Origin: Octopus sinensis
Taxonomy: Eukaryota
NCBI RefSeq assembly: GCF_006345805.1
Contig: NW_021829477.1
Span: 1 to 5,951 of the forward strand
Direction of reading: 5' to 3'
DNA length: 5,951 nt
The number at the start of each line of letters is the position of its first letter. The first letter of the stretch is position 1. The notes beneath the pieces were generated by a model, which saw nothing but the letters and a program-made list of their open reading frames with translations, was not told the origin of the DNA and searched no databases. Of the stretch, positions 1 through 5,951 are shown in pieces. Both the position numbers and the translations under genes were made by a program.

Positions 1-200
1 CCCTGCCTTTTCTTTCTTTCCTTCCTTTCTTTCTCCTTCCTTCCTTCCTTCTTCTTCCTTCCTTTCTTCCTCCTTCCGTCCTTCCTTCCTTCCTCCTTCC
101 TTCCTTCCTTCCTTCCTTCCTCCTCCTTCCTTCCTTTCTCTTTCTTCCTCCTTCCTTCCTTCCTTCCTTCCTTCCTTCCTTCCTTCCTTTCTTCCTTCCT
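1..200. repeat. Imperfect (TTCC)n/(TTC)n polypyrimidine microsatellite
   Basis: Almost purely C/T; runs of cttccttccttc, cut by the window start. Confidence 0.97.
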
Positions 201-271
201 TAATTCCGTCGTTGATCAACGACAAATTTATCTCCTCCTTACTTTCTTTGGTTTGCCTTCGATGGAACTCT

Positions 272-563
272 CTGTATGTGTGTGTGTTTGTTTGTGCACG
301 TGTGCTGGTGTGAATGTGTTCATGTGTGTGTGTGTGTATTCATGTGTGAGTGTTTGTTTCTGTGCATGTGCGTTTATGCATGTGTTTGTGTATTTGTAAG
401 CCTATGTATGTGTATGTGTGTGCATGCTCCCAATATACGCGTGTGTGTGACTGTGTGTGTACGTTTATGCGTGTCTATGTTTTTGTGTATGCGTGTGTAT
501 GCTTGTGTGTGTGTCTGTGCAAGTGTTTGTATATATGAGTATGCGCGCGTATGTGTGTGTGTT

Positions 564-599
<36 letters not shown>

Positions 600-617
600 G
601 TGTGTGTGTGTGTGTGT
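272..617. repeat. Degenerate (TG)n microsatellite
   Basis: TG dinucleotide array with TA/CG/TT interruptions, purest at about 560-617. Source of the Cys/Val and His/Thr ORFs. Confidence 0.96.
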
Positions 618-678
618 AAGTGATTATCACAATCAGACATATTTATACACTATGTGCGTCGATATTTGTTACGTAGTA

Positions 679-908
679 GGACTGCAAGCTGGCAGAATCG
701 TTAGCACGCCGGGCGAAATACTTAGCGGTATTCCGTCTGCCGCTACGTTCTGAGTTCAAATTCCGCCGAGGTCGACTTTGTCTTTCATCCTTTCAGGGTC
801 GATTAAATAAGTACCAGTTACGCACTGGGGTCGATATAATCGACTTAATCCCTTTGTCCTTGTTTGTCCTCTCTGTGTGTAGACCCTTGTGGGCAATAAT
901 GAAATAAG
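679..908 (+). mobile_element. tRNA-derived SINE, copy 1 (near full length, tail type A)
   Basis: Pol III A-box-like TGGCAGAATCG (690-700) and B-box-like GAGTTCAAATTCC (752-764). Body gaggtcgactttg..tttcatcctttc.gggtcga.taa.taagtaccagtt is shared with copies 2 and 3. Tail taatccctttgtcc..cccttgtgggcaataa.gaaataag is shared with copy 4. Preceded by the target duplication tatttgttacgtagta (663-678). Resembles octopus SINEs from memory. Confidence 0.9.
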
Positions 909-1107
909 AAACGTTAGCACGCCGGGCGAAATGTTTAGCGGTTTTTCGTGTGCCGCTACATTCTGAGTTCAAATTCCGCCGAGGTCGACTTTGCCTTTCA
1001 TCTTTTCGGGGTCAATAAATTAAGTACCAGTTGCGTACTAGGGTCGACCTAATCGACTGGCCCCTTCCCCCCAAAATTTCGTGCCTTGTGCCTAGAGCAG
1101 AAACGAA
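909..1107 (+). mobile_element. tRNA-derived SINE, copy 2 (5' about 15 nt missing, fused to copy 1; tail type B)
   Basis: Starts at agaaacgttagcacgccgggcg, overlapping the gaaataag end of copy 1. B-box at 965-977. Tail ctggcccc..aaatttcg.gccttgtgcct.gag is shared with copy 3. Confidence 0.9.
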
Positions 1108-1116
1108 TATTTGTCA

Positions 1117-1332
1117 GGATGGCGAACTGGCAGAAACGTCAGCACGCCGGGCGATATGCTTAGCATTATTTCATTTGTATTTTACGCTCTGAGTTCAAAT
1201 TCCGAAGAGGTCGACTTTGCCTTTCATCCTTTCGGGGTCGTTAAATTAAGTACCAGTTGCGTATTGGGGTCGATCTAATCGACTGGCCTCCTCTCCCGAA
1301 ATTTCGGGCCTTGTGCCTCGAGTAATAAAGGT
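1117..1332 (+). mobile_element. tRNA-derived SINE, copy 3 (full length, tail type B)
   Basis: Head ggatggcgaactggcagaaacg with A-box at 1128-1138 and B-box at 1191-1203; same body as copies 1 and 2. Flanked by tatttgtca at 1108-1116 and 1333-1341. Confidence 0.9.
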
Positions 1333-1355
1333 TATTTGTCACGTAGTAACAGTTA

Positions 1356-1458
1356 AGTACTAGTTATGCGATGGGGTCGATGTAATCGACTTAATCCCTT
1401 TGTCTGTCCTTGTTTGTCCCCTCTATGTTTTGCCCCTTGTGGGCAATAAAGAAATAAG
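1356..1458 (+). mobile_element. SINE copy 4 (5'-truncated, tail type A)
   Basis: Begins at taagtac.agtt..ggggtcgatgtaatcgact and continues with the copy-1-type tail. Flanked by the exact 11-bp direct repeat agtaacagtta (1345-1355 and 1457-1467). Confidence 0.88.
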
Positions 1459-1504
1459 TAACAGTTACACTTGCAAACTACCCCTCCACTAGCAACTTAT
1501 ATAT

Positions 1505-1528
1505 GACGACGACGACGACGATGATGAT
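1505..1528. repeat. (GAC)5(GAT)3 trinucleotide repeat
   Basis: gacgacgacgacgacgatgatgat read directly. Confidence 0.9.
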
Positions 1529-1749
1529 GGATTCTCCGCAGTTTTCGACGATGACCGTTCAGTTGTTTGAACAGAACTCCTTCCCGTTAAATTGACATGT
1601 ACGTAACTGCGTATTTCACAGACACGTACAATATACGTAAATTCTCGGGTCGAATCAGCGTGAAATCTCTTTCTCTAAATATTATCACAGGTAAAACTAA
1701 CAGCCTTGATATGAAAGTGTTTATTGTGAAAGAAAACAAAAGGGAAAAG

Positions 1750-1750
<1 letters not shown>

Positions 1751-1790
<40 letters not shown>

Positions 1791-1826
1791 TGTGTATGTA
1801 TATATATGTGTGTGCGTATTTGTGTG

Positions 1827-1895
<69 letters not shown>

Positions 1896-1916
1896 ATGTA
1901 TGTATGTTTGTACATA
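1751..1916. repeat. Compound (TG)n/(TA)n/(TATG)n microsatellite
   Basis: Read directly. Ends at the TA (1915-1916) adjoining the transposon terminus. Confidence 0.97.
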
Positions 1917-2568
1917 CAGGGTGCGGTGAATAAATTGTCTAAATTACGCAAAAATGAAAATAACACTGACATCTTATTTTAACAGATATATTTGCCATAA
2001 AAATATCTTGAAATACTAAATAGTAAATTTATTCAATAAAATCGCCATTGGCTTCAACCACAGCCTCCAGACGACTTCGGAATCTCCTGCGATTCTCCTG
2101 GACGGTTTCCTTGTTTAAGTTGGTGAATGCTGCCATAATCCTTGCCTTTAGTTCTTCTATGGTGTTACAAGGGGATTTGTTGGTCACTTGCTCAACTGCA
2201 CCCCACACATAATAATCAAGGGTGTTACAGTCTGGGGAGTTAGGTGGGCAGACGTTAGGGGTGGTGTGGTCGCAGAAATTATCTGACAGTCATGACTGGG
2301 TTTTCCTGCTTGTGTGGCATGGTGCAGACTTCTGTTGCCAGACATAGGGTCTTCCGGCAGCCACCTTTTAGACCCAAGGCAGCACTACCTCCTCCAGGCA
2401 CTTGATGTCGACCTCCGTGTTAAGTGTGAGGCTGTGTGGGAAGATGAATGGAGGCATAACATCACCATCACTAGTGATCACTCCAAAACACCATGATGTT
2501 GACTGGATGTTTGATTTTTATCATTCTTGGTACATAGTTTGGGGACACGGCAAGCCAACGGCTGGTTC
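1917..2568 (-). mobile_element. Tc1/mariner DNA transposon remnant, DD37D (maT)-type; 3' part with one terminal inverted repeat
   Basis: TA followed by CAGGGTGCGGTGAATAAATTGTC at 1915-1939, a mariner/maT-like terminus, about 110 bp beyond the transposase stop. Transposase homology runs to about 2560-2568. No second TIR was found in the window. Confidence 0.88.
2029..2560 (-). pseudogene. Disrupted DD37D-type transposase, C-terminal catalytic region
   Basis: Manual translation: RWLAVSPNYVPRMIKIKHPVNIMVF/GVITSDGDVMPPFIFPHSLTLNTEVDIKCLEEVVLPWV*KVAAGRPYVWQQKSAPCHTSRKTQS*LSDNFCDHTTPNVCPPNSPDCNTLDYYVWGAVEQVTNKSPCNTIEELKARIMAAFTNLNKETVQENRRRFRSRLEAVVEANGDFIE*. The WQQ(D>K)xAPxH and PPxSPDxNxLDYxxW motifs are present, with 37 residues between the second catalytic position (2329-2331) and the third D (2215-2217). 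Lesions: +1 frameshift at 2485-2488 and stops at 2368-2370 and 2290-2292. The first catalytic D and the DNA-binding domain are absent. Confidence 0.92.
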
Positions 2569-2935
2569 CTCATTCTCAAAGTACACAAATATAAATACAA
2601 TAAAAATAATAACAGGACATAACAACCAGTGTCTTTCGACTAAAGACGGTATATATATATATACAAATTGAGATAGGGGTTGTAAATGCAACCCAATCTA
2701 TACTTATATTTATATTTACTTCTATTTATATTCTTTTATATGTATTCTACTTATTATACAACATTACTCTTTTATGTACACTTTTTTATGTACATTCCTT
2801 TATGTACACTGATTTGTTCTGCTTTTTATATTTAACCCTACAGTCTCTTATGTGGTGGTTTAATAAAGTATGTGATTGAGTATTATCTGGTAATTGATAT
2901 TTGATTTAGATGTATTTCTCCATTTTCTTATCTTG
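2569..2935. other. Unclassified AT-rich segment, possibly a separate dispersed repeat that truncates the transposon
   Basis: Begins where transposase homology stops. Contains two hairpins (2631-2647, 2677-2694), a (TA)n run, a 14-bp-period triple repeat and AATAAA near 2862. Family not identified. Confidence 0.3.
2771..2808. repeat. Three copies of TTTATGTACA at a 14-bp period
   Basis: Exact decamer at 2771, 2785 and 2799. Confidence 0.85.
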
Positions 2936-2958
2936 TATATATATATATATATATATAA
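2936..2958. repeat. (TA)n microsatellite
   Basis: Read directly. Confidence 0.9.
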
Positions 2959-3126
2959 CAGAAATACTATGTGATATTCATCTATCTTTAGACATGGTGC
3001 GTATCCTTGCAACTGATACCTCGAGTATTAAACCCTCCTTTACGGAGGATTAAGACAACTAGGGAAGAAAGCAAAAACGAATGTCACGTTTGATGGATTC
3101 AAGGCCAAAGTGTAATATGATTCGGA

Positions 3127-3160
<34 letters not shown>

Positions 3161-3225
3161 ACACACACACACACACAGACAGACACACACACATACACAC
3201 ACACACACACACACGCACACACACA

Positions 3226-3275
<50 letters not shown>

Positions 3276-3287
3276 TACACACACACA
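3127..3287. repeat. (CA)n microsatellite with sparse interruptions
   Basis: Read directly. Confidence 0.98.
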
Positions 3288-3766
3288 TTTACATCAAATG
3301 AAAAAAGGATTTAGGATTAGGGCGAATACGTTACAAGGCATTAGTGAATAAAACAAAATAAGCCTGGCTAACTAAATTGAGGTGTGAGAGATGTAGAAAT
3401 TCGCATAATCCCTACTTTACACGTAGTCATCAGCCTAATTTGTAAATCCAAAGATCAGTTACCAATTAAAATTGGTATCGCGTTACGGAGTAACAAAGAG
3501 AAGATACAAAAGTAACGAATATTTATTCATTATATTTCGGTTTACGCAAGTTTCCGATAAGGCCGGAGAATCGTAGTTCCCTAACGCAATAATCGCATTT
3601 ATTAATCGATGTCGTAATTGATCGACTGAATTAAGACAGAGAATAGATTTACTCTTTTTATCTTCTTCAGATAATCGATTAATAAGTGCGTTTATGATTT
3701 TCTCACCCTATTGGAAAACGAGTAAGCGAGAATAAAATGTCTAAGTATCCATTACCTGTGTAACTT

Positions 3767-4800
<1,034 letters not shown>

Positions 4801-4804
4801 ATCA

Positions 4805-4925
4805 ATTTTTTTTCCTCTCCCCCATTTTTTTTTTTTTTTCACCCCCCTTTCTTTTGTCCTCTTTCTCTCCTTTTACGATCCCTTTTGATCGAAACTCCCC
4901 TTCCTTTTTTTTTTTTTTTTTTTTT
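4805..4925. repeat. Pyrimidine-rich low-complexity region with poly(T) runs
   Basis: T runs at about 4805-4812, 4825-4839 and 4905-4925, separated by C/T-rich sequence. Confidence 0.9.
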
Positions 4926-5000
4926 AAACCTTCAAAGAGAAAGCTCTACTTTGTAATTTGTTCTATCTGTGTGCAGCCCTGTGTGGCTAATAAAGAAACA

Positions 5001-5100
5001 TATCTATCTATCTATCTATCTATTTATTATCTATCATCTATCTATCTATCTATCTATCTGTCTGTCTGTCTGTCTGTCTGTCTGTGTGTCTATATATCTA
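5001..5100. repeat. (TCTA)n/(TCTG)n microsatellite
   Basis: Read directly. Confidence 0.93.
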
Positions 5101-5184
5101 CTTATTCATCTATCTTCATGCGTACATACATATATACAAGAAATGCATACACACATATATGGAAGACCAGACCATATATAAACT

Positions 5185-5260
5185 TACACTCACTCCCACT
5201 CTAACACACACATGCACACACACACACACATATACATACACACAACCACACACGCAAACA
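5185..5260. repeat. Degenerate (CA)n microsatellite
   Basis: Read directly. Confidence 0.9.
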
Positions 5261-5264
5261 TTCT

Positions 5265-5494
5265 TTCATTATTTTACTTGTTTCAGTCATTTGACTGCGG
5301 CCATGCTGGAGCACCGCCTTAAGGGGCCTTAGTCGAGCAAATCGACCACCAGGACTTATTCTTTGCAAGATTAGTACTTATTCTACCAGGCCATTTTGTC
5401 GAACCACTAAGTTATGGGGACGTATAAACACCAACATCGGTTGTCAAGCAATGGTGCAGGGACAAACTGAAAGACACACACACATATACATATA

Positions 5495-5535
<41 letters not shown>

Positions 5536-5550
5536 CACACGCACACACCA

Positions 5551-5601
<51 letters not shown>

Positions 5602-5763
5602 CACATACACACGACAGGTTTCTTTCAGTTTCCGTCTACCAATCTTTGGGTCAGCCCGAGGCTATAGTAGAAGGCACTTTCCCAAGGTGTCACACAGTAG
5701 GACTGAACCTAAAACCACGTAGTTGGGAAGTAAGCTGCTTACCACTCAACCACGGCTGCACCT
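5265..5763 (-). mobile_element. tRNA-derived SINE of a second family, with an internal microsatellite and a CORE-like segment
   Basis: On the minus strand: head ggtgcagccgtggttgagtggtaag, A-box TGGTTGAGTGG (5742-5752) and B-box GGTTCAGTCC (5700-5709). Then gtgtgacaccttgggaaagtg, similar to the gtgaccttgggcaagt start of the CORE domain. Then a (TG/TA)n tract, and a 3' half ending ggcggtgctccagcatggccgcagtcaaatgactgaaacaagtaaaa. Resembles an abundant octopus SINE from memory; the family name is unverified. Confidence 0.85.
5473..5612. repeat. (CA)n/(TA)n microsatellite inside the SINE
   Basis: Read directly; lies between the two halves of the minus-strand SINE. Confidence 0.95.
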
Positions 5764-5951
5764 TGGATTAGATTGGCCATCTTCAGTTCGCTGCAGGACG
5801 AGGGTCTCTCCATTAAAGTTCCCTCTACGAGAGAATGGCTCAAGATCATACTGGTGTGGTGAGCCTATCCTGCCATACTGGCATGAAATGACTGGTCAGA
5901 AGGATGCAGTTTCTGTATTCGTACCCAGGAGTAGGTAAGTCGAGTAGATCG

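Noticed and set aside
276-753. ORFs 276..623, 350..538, 374..640 and 457..753
   Set aside because: Cys/Val or His/Thr dipeptide runs are translations of (TG)n/(CA)n; no domain content.
679-770. tRNA genes at the SINE heads (also 1117-1205 and 5695-5763)
   Set aside because: A and B boxes are present, but I could not fold a full cloverleaf, and each head continues into SINE body sequence.
679-1458. CRISPR-like or satellite interpretation of the tandem repeats
   Set aside because: Units are about 200-230 bp with Pol III boxes and TSDs; there are no short repeats with unique spacers and no cas genes, and the context is eukaryotic.
1489-1674. Stop-free minus-strand frame of about 60 codons ending in poly-Ser (..TTERSSSKTAENPSSSSSSSSYISC*)
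   Set aside because: No ATG and no recognisable homology; the Ser run comes from the (GAC)/(GAT) repeat. Cannot be supported as an exon.
1597-1982. ORFs 1597..1929, 1721..1972 and 1752..1982
   Set aside because: Open only because they cross the (TG)/(TA)/(TATG) array and the transposon end.
2314-2671. Plus-strand ORFs 2314..2496 and 2402..2671
   Set aside because: Antisense shadows of the minus-strand transposase pseudogene.
3028-3053. Hairpin CCTCC-tttac-GGAGG with ttaa flanks
   Set aside because: Only a 5-bp core; expected by chance.
3040-3314. Four ORFs over the (CA)n tract
   Set aside because: Microsatellite translations.
4805-4925. Poly(T) runs as terminators or a retrocopy poly(A) tail
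   Set aside because: No upstream GC hairpin, no adjacent retroposed body and no TSD identified.
5155-5179. Inverted repeat ATATATGG..CCATATAT
   Set aside because: Mostly (AT)n, which is self-complementary by nature.
5412-5771. ORFs 5412..5612 and 5451..5771
   Set aside because: Lie within the SINE and its internal microsatellite.

Overview
Repeat-dense, essentially non-coding eukaryotic DNA, most likely an octopus (cephalopod) intron or intergenic region. That origin is inferred from the SINE types I recall and the extreme microsatellite density; it was not checked by search. Roughly half the window is simple repeats: (TTCC)n, (TG)n/(CA)n, (TATG)n and about 1 kb of compound (TCTA)n/(TCTG)n. 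These explain nearly all ORFs in the supplied track, and no intact protein-coding gene is supported. The recognisable elements are: (1) four same-orientation tRNA-derived SINE copies at 679-1458, whose target-site duplications show repeated insertion into one ~25-bp site; (2) a decayed, 5'-truncated Tc1/mariner transposon with DD37D (maT-type) spacing on the minus strand at 1917-2568, with one terminal inverted repeat and its TA; (3) a second tRNA-derived SINE family on the minus strand at ~5265-5763, with an internal microsatellite. Unexplained stretches are an AT-rich block with hairpins (2569-2935), a unique segment with several inverted repeats (3290-3766) and a possible 138-nt exon at the right edge. 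I see no convincing new gene system. The most interesting signals concern retroposon biology: nested insertion, a hairpin module shared between SINE families, and exchangeable 3' tails.
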